Counted from the first letter of the stretch, positions 9,787 to 22,068 are shown. The stretch is DNA of 64,000 nt from Candidatus Moraniibacteriota bacterium (GCA_023261695.1 JAHFON010000003.1:6682-70681), one strand, 5' to 3'. Notes: generated from the letters alone by a model not told the origin. Translations and numbers: made by a program.

Positions 9787-12384
9787 ATGCAGTCTGAAAA
9801 ACCGTCGTTTGCTCGTTTTGGTGGCAGTGGGAACTTGGCTTCGGATACCGGCGTTGCGCCGCATTCGACATCTGTCGCTGAAAAGTTAATCGGAGGCGAT
9901 ACGAATGTTTCTGGCGAGTCTGTTTCTTCGGATGGTACGGTTATGGGCGGAAAGATATCCCCGACAGCCAAATGGCTTGACGCGGTGATTTCCGTGAGTT
10001 TGGTGGCGTTATTTTTTGGGCTTCCGATTTTTTTTACGGGACTGACTTTTCAGGGCATCGCGTTTGAGAAGCAGATCTATTTTTATTTCTGGCTTCTTGT
10101 CGGCATAGTGGCCTGGGCGTCCCGAGGAGTCATTTTGGGTGAGATGCGCATTCGTCGCACGCCGCTGGATATTCCGATTGGGCTGTTTTGGTTGTTCTAT
10201 GTTGTGGCGGCATTTTTTTCCGTGGATCGTTGGCACAGTTTTTTTGGGTTTTTTGGCGACCCGTCGCGCGGTGTGATTTCTGTAACGGCGCTTGCGCTGG
10301 TTTATTATTTTCTTTTGAGCCACTTTACTCCAAAACGTTTTTATTTGATGTTTTGGTCGTTTGCGCTGTCCGGTTTCATTGTAACCATTTGGACTTTGCT
10401 GGTTATAAGGGAGATTCATTTCTTACCGACCGTTTGGGAAAGATACGCCCCGATAAGTTTGATAGGGTCTGTTTCCACGCTGGGTGTGTTTTTGGGTTTT
10501 ATGGCCCCGGTGTTTTTGACGGCGCTTTTTATGTTGTGGAAAAGCGATTTTCTCAAGAAAACGCCGCGATTGATACTCACTGTTTTAGTTTTTATCGGAC
10601 TTATTACTGATTTGTTTTTGCTTTTAGCGCTGTATCCGTTTGTCGTGTGGGTTGTCGTGCTGGGGGGACTTTCCTTTTTTATGGTTTATATTCTGGCGCA
10701 AATCGTGCGACCGCCGGAACAATGGACCTGGGTGCCGATGATCGCGTTCGTGCTGGTGCTGGTTTTTCTTATGTTGGGCAATGTCCATATCGTGCGTGAT
10801 AATCTTTTGCCCGCCGAAGTGATGCCAAGCGCAAGTCTTTCCTGGCAAGTTTCTAAAGACGCTATCAAAGAAAACTTTTTTGCCGGTGTTGGTCCGGCTA
10901 ATTATGGTTACGCGTTTTCTATGTTTCGTCCTGGGGAGTACAACTTAAACGAGCTCTACACACTGCGTTTTTATCAGGGTACGGGATTATTTTTTGAAGC
11001 CTTGCCGACTATCGGCGCGATAGGAACAGTATTATTTGTTCTCTTGTGGCTTTCATTTGTTTCGGTGGCGCTGTATCTTCTGACGCGTGAAAAACAGCGC
11101 AATAAAGTGTACTCTTTGGGTTTATTGACTGTCGCGATGATGTTCTTTTTAGCGAACTTTGTTTCCGCGGTAAATGGGTCGCTTCTCATTATTGGCGCCC
11201 TGCTTTCATCTTTGGCCCTGGGAGTTTTGCTTTGGGAGAGCGGCTCCGAAGAGCGTTATCTCCAACTTTCATTCAAGGCATCGCCGAAGTTTGCGTTGGC
11301 TCTAGCCTTTATTTTTATGGTGGTATCCGCTGGAGTAGCGTTCCTTTTCGTCTTTTTAGGCAAAGTGTTTATAGCCGATGTATATTTGGGCAAAGCCTCC
11401 GTACTTTCGGCTAGCGGTCCCAATAAAGACTCCGCCGCTTTGCTGGAGCGCGCCGTGGTGGCTTATCCGGAGGAGGGGCGGTATTACACGCGCTTGGGAC
11501 AGGAGTATATGATGCTTGCCAATGCCGAAGCGGGTAAAACGGAACAAGAAAAAAATACTGATGCGGTGGCTTTGTATGTTCGTCAGGCGATAGCCGTTGC
11601 GGAAAAGGGCAGAAGTTTGATGCCTAATGATGTGATGGCGGTGGAGTCACTCGGTCTGATTTATGAGAATGCCGGTTTGTATGCCAGCGATGCTTTTCCG
11701 AAAGCGGAAGAATTATACAATCGCTCGCTTGAACTTGAGCCGAAGAACCCGTTGTATTTTTTGAAGCTCGGCCAGATTAAGAGATCGGGCGGTGATGCCA
11801 AGCCGGAGGGGCAGGAGCGGGATAATCTTTATAAGGAGGCGCGTGATTTTTTCCAGAAATCCATTGATCAGAAAAAGAATCTGGCGGTCGCTCATTACAA
11901 TCTTTCTGTGACATTCTCTCGTTTGAAAGATCTGGATAAAGCTGTTGAAAGCGCGCAGGAAGCGTTGCGCATTGAAAATAATAATCCGAATTATGAGTAC
12001 AGTCTTGGCGTGCTCTATCAGTTGCGCGACGCAGAGGGTGATAAAAATCGCGCGGAAGCGATATTCAAAGATCTTTTGACGACGAACGAGAAACTGATTG
12101 ATGTGCGTTTGAGTCTGGGATTTTTGTATGAAGCGGAAAACAAAAATGATGCCGCGATATCCGAGTACAAGAAGTTATTGGATATTTTGCCGGATAATAC
12201 CGAAGGCAACGTCAAGCAGACGCGCGACCAGATTAAGAAATTTATTGAAAACGTGCAAAGCGGAGTGGGTAACTTGCCGAAGAAGGCCGCGGCGAGCGTT
12301 CCTGCTGAAGCGCCCGCAAAAACTGCCGCGCCCGCAGTTCCTGCAGGACCTAACGTATCGCCGCTCACGACGCCCAAACAATAG
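9787..12384 (+). CDS. Large polytopic membrane protein (O-antigen-ligase/polymerase-like N-domain, >10 TM) with C-terminal TPR repeats and an Ala/Pro-rich tail
   Basis: Many hydrophobic helices in residues 60-520. C-terminal repeats with AxxxY/LG...P patterns typical of TPR. Confidence 0.5.
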   Translation: MQSEKPSFARFGGSGNLASDTGVAPHSTSVAEKLIGGDTNVSGESVSSDGTVMGGKISPTAKWLDAVISVSLVALFFGLPIFFTGLTFQGIAFEKQIYFYFWLLVGIVAWASRGVILGEMRIRRTPLDIPIGLFWLFYVVAAFFSVDRWHSFFGFFGDPSRGVISVTALALVYYFLLSHFTPKRFYLMFWSFALSGFIVTIWTLLVIREIHFLPTVWERYAPISLIGSVSTLGVFLGFMAPVFLTALFMLWKSDFLKKTPRLILTVLVFIGLITDLFLLLALYPFVVWVVVLGGLSFFMVYILAQIVRPPEQWTWVPMIAFVLVLVFLMLGNVHIVRDNLLPAEVMPSASLSWQVSKDAIKENFFAGVGPANYGYAFSMFRPGEYNLNELYTLRFYQGTGLFFEALPTIGAIGTVLFVLLWLSFVSVALYLLTREKQRNKVYSLGLLTVAMMFFLANFVSAVNGSLLIIGALLSSLALGVLLWESGSEERYLQLSFKASPKFALALAFIFMVVSAGVAFLFVFLGKVFIADVYLGKASVLSASGPNKDSAALLERAVVAYPEEGRYYTRLGQEYMMLANAEAGKTEQEKNTDAVALYVRQAIAVAEKGRSLMPNDVMAVESLGLIYENAGLYASDAFPKAEELYNRSLELEPKNPLYFLKLGQIKRSGGDAKPEGQERDNLYKEARDFFQKSIDQKKNLAVAHYNLSVTFSRLKDLDKAVESAQEALRIENNNPNYEYSLGVLYQLRDAEGDKNRAEAIFKDLLTTNEKLIDVRLSLGFLYEAENKNDAAISEYKKLLDILPDNTEGNVKQTRDQIKKFIENVQSGVGNLPKKAAASVPAEAPAKTAAPAVPAGPNVSPLTTPKQ

Positions 12385-12416
12385 CATTTTAGCTTCACAT
12401 TTAGCGCGCTAAAATT

Positions 12417-12761
12417 ATGGGATTGTTTTCTTTGATGTCCAGAAAAAAGCCGATCACTTCCGGCAATTTGGGAAGCGGCGCGTCGCAACACAGTTATGAT
12501 CTTAACAGTCGCGGCATAATCACATCGCGGGAGACGTTGCGTATCCGACCAAAACTGGTGAGTAAATTAGGCCACAGGAGAGCGGAGGAGGTTATGGGAT
12601 TGCTGGAGTCTGATATGGATAGAGACGGCGGATGGGGAAGCAAGAGCGTCAGCTCCAAAGAAATTGATCAGATAATGAAAACTCTGGAGGAAGGCCGATA
12701 TAACGGTATGGATAGTCATGATTTAGAAAACACGCGCAAGATTCTGGAAGAGTACCAATAA
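12417..12761 (+). CDS. Hypothetical protein
   Basis: 114-aa ORF with ATG, no recognisable motif. Confidence 0.3.
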   Translation: MGLFSLMSRKKPITSGNLGSGASQHSYDLNSRGIITSRETLRIRPKLVSKLGHRRAEEVMGLLESDMDRDGGWGSKSVSSKEIDQIMKTLEEGRYNGMDSHDLENTRKILEEYQ

Positions 12762-12764
12762 ATT

Positions 12765-14804
12765 ATGCCGCTCTTTCAGCTCAAATCAGTTTATCGACCG
12801 GCGGGCGATCAGCCTCAAGCCATTGAATCTTTGACGCGGGGTTTGCGTGAGAACAAACGTTTTCAAACATTGCTCGGCGTAACCGGTTCCGGCAAGACCT
12901 TTACGATGGCCAATGTCATCGCGCGAATGGATAAGCCGGCGTTGGTGATCGCGCACAACAAAACGCTGACGGCGCAACTGGCCCAAGAGTATCAGGAACT
13001 TTTTCCCGATCACGCGGTGCATTATTTTGTTTCTTATTACGATTACTACCAGCCGGAGGCTTATATGCCGATGACGGATACGTACATAGAGAAAGACGCC
13101 CAGATCAACGCCGAGATTGATCGTTTGCGGCACGCCTCTACGCTTTCTCTTCTGACGCGCCGCGACGTGATTATCGTGGCGTCCGTGTCTTGCATTTACG
13201 GATTAGGAAGTCCGGAAGAATACGAGAAAGAGAATCTGCGGCTGGATGTCGGTTGGCAATGTTCGCGCATGGAGCTTTTGCGTAAGCTGGTGGCTATTTT
13301 TTTTGAGCGCACCAACGCTGATTTGCGAAGCGGGCAATTTCGGAGTATGGGCAATCGCGTGGAAATTATGCCGATGTCGGAAAAGTTCACCTATCTTTTG
13401 GAAATCTCCGGCGGCAGATTGGCGAGTATCAAAAAAATTGACCCCATTTCCCAAAAAATTCTGGATATGCCGCAAACAATTCTGCTCTTTCCGACAAAAC
13501 ATTTTGTCGCGAATGCGGAGCAAAAAGCTTCTGCGCTCAACTCTATTAGTCTGGAATTGGCAGAGCGCTTGCAAGAACTTGAAGCAGATGGGAAACTTCT
13601 GGAAGCGGAGCGGCTCAAGCGGCGCACGCATTACGATCTGGCGGTGATGCGGGAGATCGGTTATTGCAACGGCATTGAGAATTATTCTCGCCATCTTTCC
13701 GGAAAAAAACCGGGCGAACCGCCGGAAACTCTTCTTTCATATTTTCCGCGCACAAAAAGCGGAGAACCGGATTTTTTGACTATTATTGACGAATCTCACG
13801 CGACATTGCCGCAACTACGCGGAATGTACGCGGGCGATTTGGCGCGCAAAAAAACGCTGGTCCAATACGGTTTTCGTCTGCCATCCGCGCTGGATAACCG
13901 CCCGCTTCGTTTCGCGGAATTTATGTCTCGTGTCGGACAGGTAATTTTCACTTCGGCTACGCCGGCGGAATATGAACGTGAAACAAGCGAGCAGGTGGTT
14001 GAGCAAGTGATCCGTCCGACCGGATTGGTGGATCCGAGAGTTGAGACACGGCCGATTTTGGAGCAGGGAAAATATCACGGTCAAATACAAGATTTTATCG
14101 CTGAAGCGCTGAAAGAAATACAGGGCAAGGGACGCGTGATCGCGACGACGCTTACCAAAAAGATGGCTGAAGATTTGAGCGCGTATCTGAAAGAAAAACA
14201 GATTAAAGCCGAGTATTTGCACAGCGATATCAAAACGATTGAGCGCATCAAAATTTTGACGGCATTTCGCAGGGGGGAGTTTGACTGTTTGGTGGGGGTT
14301 AATTTGTTGCGGGAAGGTTTGGATTTGCCGGAAGTTTCTTTCATTGGAATTCTGGACGCGGACAAAACGGGATTTTTGCGTTCGGAAACCGCGTTGATTC
14401 AGATTATCGGACGTGCCGCGCGCAACGCATCCGGCCGCGTGGTGTTGTATGCTGATTATATGACTGACGCGATGCGCTATGCGCTTGATGAAACGAATCG
14501 ACGGAGAAAACTGCAATTAGCCTATAACAAGCGGCACAATATCACGCCGCGAACTATCCAAAAAACCATTCACGATATTACGGAGAGTCTGGAGAGCGAG
14601 CATAGCAAAGCGGTGCGCGCCAACGTGCTTTTGGATCGGGAAATTTTCGCGAATGATCCCAAACGTTTTATCGCCATCAAAGAAAAAGAGATGCGCCAAG
14701 CGGTGAAGGAGCTGGATTTTGAAACAGCCGCCATTCTGCGCGATGAGATTCGCGCGCTTCAAGTTCCTGCGGACGGTCCGTCGCGCAAAAAACCTCGCGG
14801 GTAA
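12765..14804 (+). CDS. uvrB: Excinuclease ABC subunit B
   Basis: MPLFQLKSVYRPAGDQPQAIESL...LLGVTGSGKTFTMANVI, helicase motifs and C-terminal UVR motif (ILRDEIRALQ). Confidence 0.95.
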   Translation: MPLFQLKSVYRPAGDQPQAIESLTRGLRENKRFQTLLGVTGSGKTFTMANVIARMDKPALVIAHNKTLTAQLAQEYQELFPDHAVHYFVSYYDYYQPEAYMPMTDTYIEKDAQINAEIDRLRHASTLSLLTRRDVIIVASVSCIYGLGSPEEYEKENLRLDVGWQCSRMELLRKLVAIFFERTNADLRSGQFRSMGNRVEIMPMSEKFTYLLEISGGRLASIKKIDPISQKILDMPQTILLFPTKHFVANAEQKASALNSISLELAERLQELEADGKLLEAERLKRRTHYDLAVMREIGYCNGIENYSRHLSGKKPGEPPETLLSYFPRTKSGEPDFLTIIDESHATLPQLRGMYAGDLARKKTLVQYGFRLPSALDNRPLRFAEFMSRVGQVIFTSATPAEYERETSEQVVEQVIRPTGLVDPRVETRPILEQGKYHGQIQDFIAEALKEIQGKGRVIATTLTKKMAEDLSAYLKEKQIKAEYLHSDIKTIERIKILTAFRRGEFDCLVGVNLLREGLDLPEVSFIGILDADKTGFLRSETALIQIIGRAARNASGRVVLYADYMTDAMRYALDETNRRRKLQLAYNKRHNITPRTIQKTIHDITESLESEHSKAVRANVLLDREIFANDPKRFIAIKEKEMRQAVKELDFETAAILRDEIRALQVPADGPSRKKPRG

Positions 14805-14889
14805 ATTTTTTTCCAGCTTCATTTTCGTTACTTGCCTTGCGGCCGCTTTTTTGCGAGAATGGGTAAGTGTTAATTTTTTTTGGCTTTTT

Positions 14890-15588
14890 ATGACACGAAA
14901 GATTCGTGAGAGTTTTGTTGTAACCGCGGATGATTACGGTATTCGCCAGACGGCGGAGCCGATTTTGCGTTTGGCGCACGAGGGGAAAGTGGATCGCGTG
15001 GCGGTGCTGATCAATTATGTTTCTTCCGAACAAGCGGAGGCGCTCAAAGCCACCGGAGTGAAAATTGATTTGCACTTAGAATTGATTGGCTTGCTCAAAA
15101 GAGGAGAGAAAGCGCATGAGAATTTTCTTTTACGGAGCGTGAATTTTTGTTTTCGTTACGCTTTTGGTTTGGTAACAATGAGAAAAGTGGAAGAAGAATG
15201 GAAAGATCAGATACGGCATTTTCAGGAGCTTTTCCAGCGTCTGCCGGACGGGCTGAATTCTCACGAGTATCTGCATTGTTTTCCGCCGTTTTTCAAGGTT
15301 TTCATTCGGCTGGCGAAAGAACACAATATATCCTATGTCCGTTTCGGCAAGAAAGGTGTCTTGACTGGTTTGCATAAAACTTTCATCAGCGCGATCCTTT
15401 CTTTTTTTTGGGAACGCACGCACGCGAGCTTCGCCAAAACTCATCTGGCGACATCTGATTATATTGTGAGTTTAGACTGGCTCTCTGATTTCAAATCTTT
15501 TAGTGAACACTTGCCGGAAGGCAATATTGAGCTGGTGGTGCATCTGGAGCGGGAGGAGGATTATCGCGTGATACTGGAGTATTGTTGA
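14890..15588 (+). CDS. YdjC/ChbG-family carbohydrate deacetylase-like protein
   Basis: [17 protein letters not shown] near the N-terminus matches the YdjC family ADDFG motif. Start moved to ATG 14890 to avoid overlap with uvrB. Confidence 0.55.
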   Translation: MTRKIRESFVVTADDYGIRQTAEPILRLAHEGKVDRVAVLINYVSSEQAEALKATGVKIDLHLELIGLLKRGEKAHENFLLRSVNFCFRYAFGLVTMRKVEEEWKDQIRHFQELFQRLPDGLNSHEYLHCFPPFFKVFIRLAKEHNISYVRFGKKGVLTGLHKTFISAILSFFWERTHASFAKTHLATSDYIVSLDWLSDFKSFSEHLPEGNIELVVHLEREEDYRVILEYC

Positions 15589-15592
15589 GGAT

Positions 15593-18175
15593 ATGCCCAA
15601 GAATATTTCGCAGAAAAATATTTCAGATACGCCGGAGTCGGGGTGGATCGTAGTCAAAGGCGCGCGCACCCACAATTTGAAGAATATTACAGTTAAGATA
15701 CCGCGCAATAAAATGACGGCTTTTACGGGACTGTCCGGCTCGGGTAAATCGTCGCTCGCATTTGACACTATTTTCGCGGAAGGCCAGCGTCGCTACATAG
15801 AATCGCTTTCCGCTTACGCGCGGCAGTTTTTGAATACCATGCAAAAACCCGACGTGGACGAGATCATCGGGTTGTCTCCGGCTATCTCCATTGATCAAAA
15901 GTCGGCGGGGCGCAACCCGCGTTCCACGGTGGCGACGGTCACGGAGATTTACGATTATTTGCGTGTTTTGTACGCGCGTTTGGGACGCTTGCGTTGTTTG
16001 ATTTGCGGAAGGGATATAGAGAAGCTGTCGCTGGAGGAAATGCTCGGCATTATCGCAAGTAAAATCAAACAAGCGCAAGCGGATCCTAAAACGCGCAAAC
16101 ACGGTCTTATCATCACGGCGCCGGTGGTGCGCGGACGCAAAGGCGAATATTATCAGCTTTTATACAACGCTTTAGGGCGAGGATTCGCGGAGATTATCTT
16201 GGATGGGGAGCGCAAGAATCTGCGCGAGCGAATTATTCTCTCTAAAAACAAAAAACACAATATTGATTTCATCGTGGATGAATTGCCGCTGGCTGAATTT
16301 GAAAAATTTCCCAAAACATCCGAAGAGCGTTTGTCTGAGGCGGTGCAAAAAGCGTTGGAAGAAAGCGAAGGACTGGTAAACGTGCGCGTCGGAGAGCAAA
16401 ATTTTACGCTTTCGGCGAAATTCTCTTGTCCTGATGACGGCTTTTCTTATCCGGAGGTGGAACCGCGCTTGTTTTCGTTTAATTCTCCGTACGGAGCGTG
16501 CGAGGCCTGCAATGGTCTGGGCACCAAACATTTTTTCGGCGATGAGTTATGCGAGATTTGTCAGGGCGCGCGTTTGCGTCCCGAAGCGCTGTCTATTTTT
16601 ATCGGCGGAAAGAATATCGCCGAAGTGGCGGCGATGACGATTGAAGAAGCGAAAAATTTTTTTGACGCTTTGGAACTTACGCCCCGGGAAAAACAAATGG
16701 CGGCGGTGATGCTTCGGGAAATTAGCGCGCGTTTGAAATTTTTGCTGAATGTCGGATTGAATTATCTGACGCTGGATCGGCGCGGGAGCACGCTTTCCGG
16801 AGGAGAAGCACAGCGCATCCGCCTGGCCAGTCAGCTCGGTTCGCAGTTGGTGGGGGCGCTCTATGTATTGGATGAACCGACGATCGGTCTGCATCAGCGC
16901 GACAATGATCGTCTGATAGAAACACTGAAAGCCCTGCGTGACTTGGGCAATACTATTATCATCGTTGAGCACGACGAGGATACGATTTATGCCGCGGATT
17001 ATCTCGTGGACATCGGTCCGGGAGCGGGAGTGCACGGCGGTGAAATAGTAGTCTCCGGTTATTTGGATGATCTGCTGACGGCCAGAGAGAACGTCTCCGG
17101 ATCATTGACACTGGCCTATTTGCGCGGCGAGGAAAAAATAACTATACCAAATCAGCGCCGCAGCAAAGAAAAAGGAACGCTCAAGATTCGCGGTGCCAAC
17201 ATTTTCAATATTAAAAATATGAACGTGGATGTTCCGCTCGGCCGTTTCAATGTGATTACGGGTGTTTCCGGTTCGGGCAAATCCACTCTGCTATATGAAA
17301 TAATTTACAAGAATTTGCAGGCGCGTTTTGACCGCCGTTACAGATCCAATGAAGTTTTTTACTGCCAATCATTCGGCGGTTCGGAATATCTGGCGCGGAC
17401 CGTCCTGATTGATCAGAGTCCGATCGGACGCACGCCGCGTTCCAATCCGGCGACTTACACCGGAGCGTGGACGCATATCCGCGATCTTTTTGCCGCAAGC
17501 GAAGAAGCGCGGGTGCGCGGCTGGAAAGCCGGACGTTTTTCTTTCAATCGTCCCGGCGGGCGCTGTGAAACTTGCGAGGGAAACGGTTTTCTCGCGGTGG
17601 AGATGCACTTTTTGCCCACCGTGTATATGGTGTGCGACGTCTGCGGCGGAAAACGTTTTACCAAAGAAACTCTGGAAGTGAAATATAAGCACAAGAATAT
17701 TTATGAAGTGCTGGAAATGACAATTGAAGAAGCATCGTCGTTTTTCGCCGATATTCCGGGTGTGGCGGATCGTCTGAAAACATTGAGCGAAGTCGGTTTG
17801 GAATATTTGAAACTCGGCCAGTCGGCCACGACGCTTTCCGGCGGCGAGGCCCAACGCGTGAAAATTTCTGCGGAACTGCATCGCAAATTTTATGACCGCG
17901 CGATTTATCTTTTGGACGAACCGACGATCGGATTGCACTACGCGGACGTGAAGAAACTCATTAAAATTCTGGAGAGTCTGGTGATCAAGGGGAATACCGT
18001 GTTGGTGATAGAGCACAATATGGATTTTATCAAAAACGCCGATTATGTGATTGACATCGGTCCGGAAGGCGGTGCCGGTGGAGGGAAAATCGTGGCGGTC
18101 GGCACGCCCGAAGAGGTGGCGCAAGCGGCGCACTCGCACACGGGGCGGTATCTGAAACGGGCACTGAAGAAGTGA
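15593..18175 (+). CDS. uvrA: Excinuclease ABC subunit A paralog (860 aa, lacks the insertion-domain segment)
   Basis: Two ABC ATPase modules ([14 protein letters not shown]; [11 protein letters not shown]), zinc-finger cysteines, UvrB-binding-domain motif [11 protein letters not shown]. About 90 aa shorter than the second copy between the CxxC motifs of the signature domain. Confidence 0.9.
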   Translation: MPKNISQKNISDTPESGWIVVKGARTHNLKNITVKIPRNKMTAFTGLSGSGKSSLAFDTIFAEGQRRYIESLSAYARQFLNTMQKPDVDEIIGLSPAISIDQKSAGRNPRSTVATVTEIYDYLRVLYARLGRLRCLICGRDIEKLSLEEMLGIIASKIKQAQADPKTRKHGLIITAPVVRGRKGEYYQLLYNALGRGFAEIILDGERKNLRERIILSKNKKHNIDFIVDELPLAEFEKFPKTSEERLSEAVQKALEESEGLVNVRVGEQNFTLSAKFSCPDDGFSYPEVEPRLFSFNSPYGACEACNGLGTKHFFGDELCEICQGARLRPEALSIFIGGKNIAEVAAMTIEEAKNFFDALELTPREKQMAAVMLREISARLKFLLNVGLNYLTLDRRGSTLSGGEAQRIRLASQLGSQLVGALYVLDEPTIGLHQRDNDRLIETLKALRDLGNTIIIVEHDEDTIYAADYLVDIGPGAGVHGGEIVVSGYLDDLLTARENVSGSLTLAYLRGEEKITIPNQRRSKEKGTLKIRGANIFNIKNMNVDVPLGRFNVITGVSGSGKSTLLYEIIYKNLQARFDRRYRSNEVFYCQSFGGSEYLARTVLIDQSPIGRTPRSNPATYTGAWTHIRDLFAASEEARVRGWKAGRFSFNRPGGRCETCEGNGFLAVEMHFLPTVYMVCDVCGGKRFTKETLEVKYKHKNIYEVLEMTIEEASSFFADIPGVADRLKTLSEVGLEYLKLGQSATTLSGGEAQRVKISAELHRKFYDRAIYLLDEPTIGLHYADVKKLIKILESLVIKGNTVLVIEHNMDFIKNADYVIDIGPEGGAGGGKIVAVGTPEEVAQAAHSHTGRYLKRALKK
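18101..18175 (+). repeat. Direct repeat copy 1 (last 75 nt of uvrA), 59-nt identical core plus a similar terminal codon run
   Basis: ggcacgcccgaagaggtggcgcaagcggcgcactcgcacacggggcggtatctgaaacg is identical to 22069-22127. Both copies end ...LKKstop. Confidence 0.9.
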
Positions 18176-18269
18176 TTCAAGATTTGACATGAAGCATTTT
18201 ATTTTACACAAATTTCTGTATAATGAAACTAAGGGGGTTGGCCCCTTTAATTATAATTGGTAAACATTT

Positions 18270-20084
18270 ATGGAATTATTGCTAGCCATCATCGCGCTAA
18301 TTTTTTCGGCGATAGCATATAATCGTGTATCCAATCTCGAAAAAGTAGTGAAACGGATACAGACAACAGGTGTTCAGGCGACACCTTTTATGGATCAGTC
18401 ATTAGAACCGCCGTCGCCAATATCCAAATCGGAGGATCTTTCTTCGCAATCTGGAGCAACCTCTTCGCCGGTGTCAGCATCGGAGGATGTTGTTTCTTCT
18501 CAGCAAAACGCGACACAGTTTCCCGGTTCGTCATCTTCTACGCAGCAAGTTTCGGCCCAGACTGTTTTGCAGAATGAGTCGAATGTTATTGAGCAGTTTT
18601 TTCATTGGCTTGCAGTTGATTGGTTAATGAAGCTTGGTGCAGTACTACTTTTTTTGGGAATTATTTGGTTTGTCAATGTCGCAGTATGGGATGCCATAGG
18701 TGAAACTGGACGTGTGTTGATCGGTGTTATGGTTGGTGTTAGTATACTTGTTTTTGGTCATGTTTGGATTGCTAAATATGTGAATCAAGGAACGGTATTG
18801 GAAGGATTGGGAGCGGGTGTTATGCTATTTACGATGTACGTAGCGCAAGAAAGTTACCATTTTTTCCCTCCTGTCGTAGCTCTGGGATTCCTTTTTCTCG
18901 TCTCTGTTTTTGTTGCGTTTTCAAGTGTTGTTAACGGAAGTCAGGCATTGGCGCTTCTCGGTATCGTGTTGGGTGGAGTAGCGCCGTTTTTGATTGGCTC
19001 GTCGGAAGCGAATTTTATCGGACTTTTCTCGTACCTTTTTGTAATATCTATCGGAACGCTTTGGGTCGTGCGTATTCGCGGTTGGCGACCGCTTATCTTT
19101 GCCGCCTTTCTTGCTTATTTTTTCTATTCGTTACCGTATATATTTGGAGCGATGGAGAAAGTTTCTATAGGAGAAGGGATGTTGGTCGCGCTTGTTTTCG
19201 CGACGCTCTTTTTTGTGTCAAATATATGGGCGGCACTCAAATCAGAAAAGATGCATCAGGCTGATATGGTTACCGCTTCTGCCAACGCGTTACTTCTTTT
19301 GGGATGGATAAATGCCCTTGTCCCGGCTGATTGGAAAGGGCTAGTGACAGCTGTATGTGCTTTGGCGTTTTGTTTTGGTGCGGCACTCGTGTTCCGTTTG
19401 CGGGGCAATGGAGTCCCCGTTATGCTCTATACGGCGGTTGCCGGTATGATGTTTGGAGTCGCAACGACCTTTGAGTTTTCCGGTCCGATGCTTGTCGTAG
19501 CATTAACTTTGGAAGTTGGTATCCTGGTAACCGCAACCATCGCTTTTGCTAGAGATATAAGTGCCGCCAATATTATGATGTATCTTTTTCTCATCCCTAT
19601 TTATTTGTCTGTGATGAATATAGGGAATTACTCGGTTGCCAAACAAGTATTTACGGTTGATTTTTTCGCCCTTGTTCTTTTGGGCGGGGCACTCTTCTTG
19701 ACAGCGAGGCTTTTCAGGACTCCGAAAGATGATAGTGAGCAGGTGACCAAATATCACGTTTTCACCGCAGTCGGTTCGCTGTATTTTTTATTGCTTATCT
19801 GGCTTGGTCTCGGGAACTTGTTATATCCGAACCGTGATTTGGCAGTCACTATTTCTTTGGTGATCTACACGATTATTGGTTTAACGTTGTATATTTTTGG
19901 CAAGCTTAATGCGGCGCGCGGCAAAATGTATAGTGGAGCAGCGCTGTTATTGTTTGTGGTGGGGTATCTTCTTTTGGTGTCTGTTCGGGAAATGGAGATT
20001 GTCGGGCGCATTGTGACTTTTTCTCTGGTGGGTATTTTACTCATGAGCACCGCCTTTATCGGAAGGTGGTCTCGTCGTAAATAG
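18270..20084 (+). CDS. Polytopic membrane protein with Ser-rich low-complexity N-terminus (about 14 TM)
   Basis: Long hydrophobic helices throughout residues 110-600. No catalytic motif recognised. Confidence 0.45.
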   Translation: MELLLAIIALIFSAIAYNRVSNLEKVVKRIQTTGVQATPFMDQSLEPPSPISKSEDLSSQSGATSSPVSASEDVVSSQQNATQFPGSSSSTQQVSAQTVLQNESNVIEQFFHWLAVDWLMKLGAVLLFLGIIWFVNVAVWDAIGETGRVLIGVMVGVSILVFGHVWIAKYVNQGTVLEGLGAGVMLFTMYVAQESYHFFPPVVALGFLFLVSVFVAFSSVVNGSQALALLGIVLGGVAPFLIGSSEANFIGLFSYLFVISIGTLWVVRIRGWRPLIFAAFLAYFFYSLPYIFGAMEKVSIGEGMLVALVFATLFFVSNIWAALKSEKMHQADMVTASANALLLLGWINALVPADWKGLVTAVCALAFCFGAALVFRLRGNGVPVMLYTAVAGMMFGVATTFEFSGPMLVVALTLEVGILVTATIAFARDISAANIMMYLFLIPIYLSVMNIGNYSVAKQVFTVDFFALVLLGGALFLTARLFRTPKDDSEQVTKYHVFTAVGSLYFLLLIWLGLGNLLYPNRDLAVTISLVIYTIIGLTLYIFGKLNAARGKMYSGAALLLFVVGYLLLVSVREMEIVGRIVTFSLVGILLMSTAFIGRWSRRK

Positions 20085-20101
20085 TATATTTTTCAAACAT
20101 T

Positions 20102-21268
20102 ATGAAAAAAATAGCCAAGAAAATAATAGTGGCCGTTTCGTTGTTTTTTGTCGGAGTTATATTCTTTTCGGTTTTAGCTGTTTTTGCCAAGGAAAAAACT
20201 GAAATGGCGGAGGATTCTTTGCGTGCATTTGTTTGGATGAAGGATGTGCCGGTTCCTGCAATAACAATTCCGACTGTTGTGGAGGCGCCTATTGATGAAT
20301 CTACAGGAAACGAAGGCTTTGCTGTATTCGAAGAAACAACGAAAACTTTTCAGCCAAGCCTTTTTAAGGAATCTATTCAATTTACAAAAGTGGCGTTTTC
20401 AGTCGAAGCTCTCGGGAAAACATCTCAAATTTTTTCCGATGGAGATGCGACTAATTTCATAGAATTTCCGGTAAGCGATGAGCGTGGAGCAACTGCCGAA
20501 TTACGTATCCATTCAATGTCTCCGATTGCTGCTACGGGTCTGATGTTTTCTTTAGATCGCTTTGTTGCTCTACCTCGAACAATCGAAGTGCGCGCGATAG
20601 TGGATGGGACAGAGAGAATTGTTTTGGCTTCTTCTATGCTGAATGATCGAGTGATTCGTTTTCCCAAAGTATCAGCGGCAGAATGGACGGTACGTTTTGG
20701 ATATGTTCAGCCACTTCGCATTACCGGACTTTCTTTTTTTGAAGAGGATAATGCGCATATCAATTCTGCTGGCGTGCGGTTTTTGGCGCGTCCAGGCGAG
20801 CGATATCGGTTGTATCTAGGGACTGACAGACTAGTACCGATCCGCGTCGGGGAGCGGCCAAATCTATTTGATGATAGAGATGTTGTGCGTATCGCTGATT
20901 CCGAAAAAGTTAAAAATCCATTATATGTTCCAGTTGATACTGATGAAGATGGTGTGAAAGATCTTTTGGATAATTGCGTTTTTGATAAGAACTCTGATCA
21001 GAAAGATGAAAATTCAAACGGGCGTGGTGATGTTTGTGATGATTATGATCACGACGGTATCGCGAATGGAAAAGATAATTGTATGTCCTATCCGAATAGT
21101 GATCAGAGAGACACGGACGGCGATGGGAAAGGTGACATATGTGACTCCGAAGAGAGTAGGGTTCTAGAAAAATATTCATGGTTATCATGGGCTGGTATCA
21201 GTTTAGCGGGAATTGTCGTTGCTATTTTGTTTGCTTTAACGATGCGGCAGATGAAGAGGAATAAATAA
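20102..21268 (+). CDS. Membrane-anchored protein with thrombospondin type-3-like calcium-binding repeats
   Basis: N-terminal [16 protein letters not shown]...[26 protein letters not shown]...[15 protein letters not shown] (DxDxDG...C repeats), C-terminal TM. Confidence 0.5.
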   Translation: MKKIAKKIIVAVSLFFVGVIFFSVLAVFAKEKTEMAEDSLRAFVWMKDVPVPAITIPTVVEAPIDESTGNEGFAVFEETTKTFQPSLFKESIQFTKVAFSVEALGKTSQIFSDGDATNFIEFPVSDERGATAELRIHSMSPIAATGLMFSLDRFVALPRTIEVRAIVDGTERIVLASSMLNDRVIRFPKVSAAEWTVRFGYVQPLRITGLSFFEEDNAHINSAGVRFLARPGERYRLYLGTDRLVPIRVGERPNLFDDRDVVRIADSEKVKNPLYVPVDTDEDGVKDLLDNCVFDKNSDQKDENSNGRGDVCDDYDHDGIANGKDNCMSYPNSDQRDTDGDGKGDICDSEESRVLEKYSWLSWAGISLAGIVVAILFALTMRQMKRNK

Positions 21269-21292
21269 CTTAAGCATCTAATCAAAAGAATT

Positions 21293-22030
21293 ATGGAAGG
21301 CGGACAAGTTCCAATAAGTGAGAATGTACCCCCATCTGATCAGTTACTCGCTCTAAACAGTAACTATCAATTAGCAAGAGTGCTTTTTTTTGTACTTTTT
21401 ATTGGATTGATAATTTTCTTGCCGATCGGAGTTATTTTATCGAAGAAGCATGATACAGAAAAGGCAGCATTATTAAAGTCTCAACTGTTGGATGCACAAG
21501 CGAATCAGAAATTGCAAATGGATGCTCAAACAAATCAAAATCTGAAAATACAGAGTGATGCCGCGATGAATAACGAGACGACATATAAACAACCGGAAAA
21601 TAATTCCTTTCCAGCCGGACAGACTGCGCCGACTACTGTAGTGAATGGAAATGGGCAGACGCCCCAGTCTGTTCAGGTACCTGTTCGACAGTTACAACAG
21701 ACTGAAATAATAGGGATGATCCAAAATGCGCTTGTAAAGGTAACTGATAGTATAAAAGCGTGCAAGGCTGGATCTGGATTAATAGGCTCTCAAGGAACCG
21801 GAGGCATGCCACTCTGTGATTTCCAGTCTGATGTTTGGCCAGTGCTTGAATATTGCGGACAATGGCCATCAGACACAAAGTATATCGTGTTTAATTCTGG
21901 TACGGCTGATAATTGGGATGTGACTATAGTGTGTAGGCAAGTCCAAAGTTGTAATGGTCCAGAAAACGCTATTTGTAATAAAAATGGTTGTACATTTAAG
22001 GGGACGTGTCCGCCGGTGAGAGGCTACTAA
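21293..22030 (+). CDS. Hypothetical secreted/anchored protein, Q/N-rich with Cys-rich C-terminal domain
   Basis: N-terminal TM helix, 10 Cys in last 90 aa. Confidence 0.35.
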   Translation: MEGGQVPISENVPPSDQLLALNSNYQLARVLFFVLFIGLIIFLPIGVILSKKHDTEKAALLKSQLLDAQANQKLQMDAQTNQNLKIQSDAAMNNETTYKQPENNSFPAGQTAPTTVVNGNGQTPQSVQVPVRQLQQTEIIGMIQNALVKVTDSIKACKAGSGLIGSQGTGGMPLCDFQSDVWPVLEYCGQWPSDTKYIVFNSGTADNWDVTIVCRQVQSCNGPENAICNKNGCTFKGTCPPVRGY

Positions 22031-22068
22031 ACATATCGAAAAAACGCGCTGTAAAAATTGTTGTCAGT

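Noticed and set aside
14719-14889. N-terminal extension of the YdjC-like ORF overlapping the uvrB 3' end
   Set aside because: The extension is hydrophobic and overlaps uvrB. The conserved ADDYG motif begins right after ATG 14890.
18231-18248. Hairpin aagggg-gttgg-cccctt after uvrA as a terminator
   Set aside because: The stem is short, the T-run is interrupted, and it lies downstream of a -10-like tgtataat. It may be part of a 5' UTR instead.
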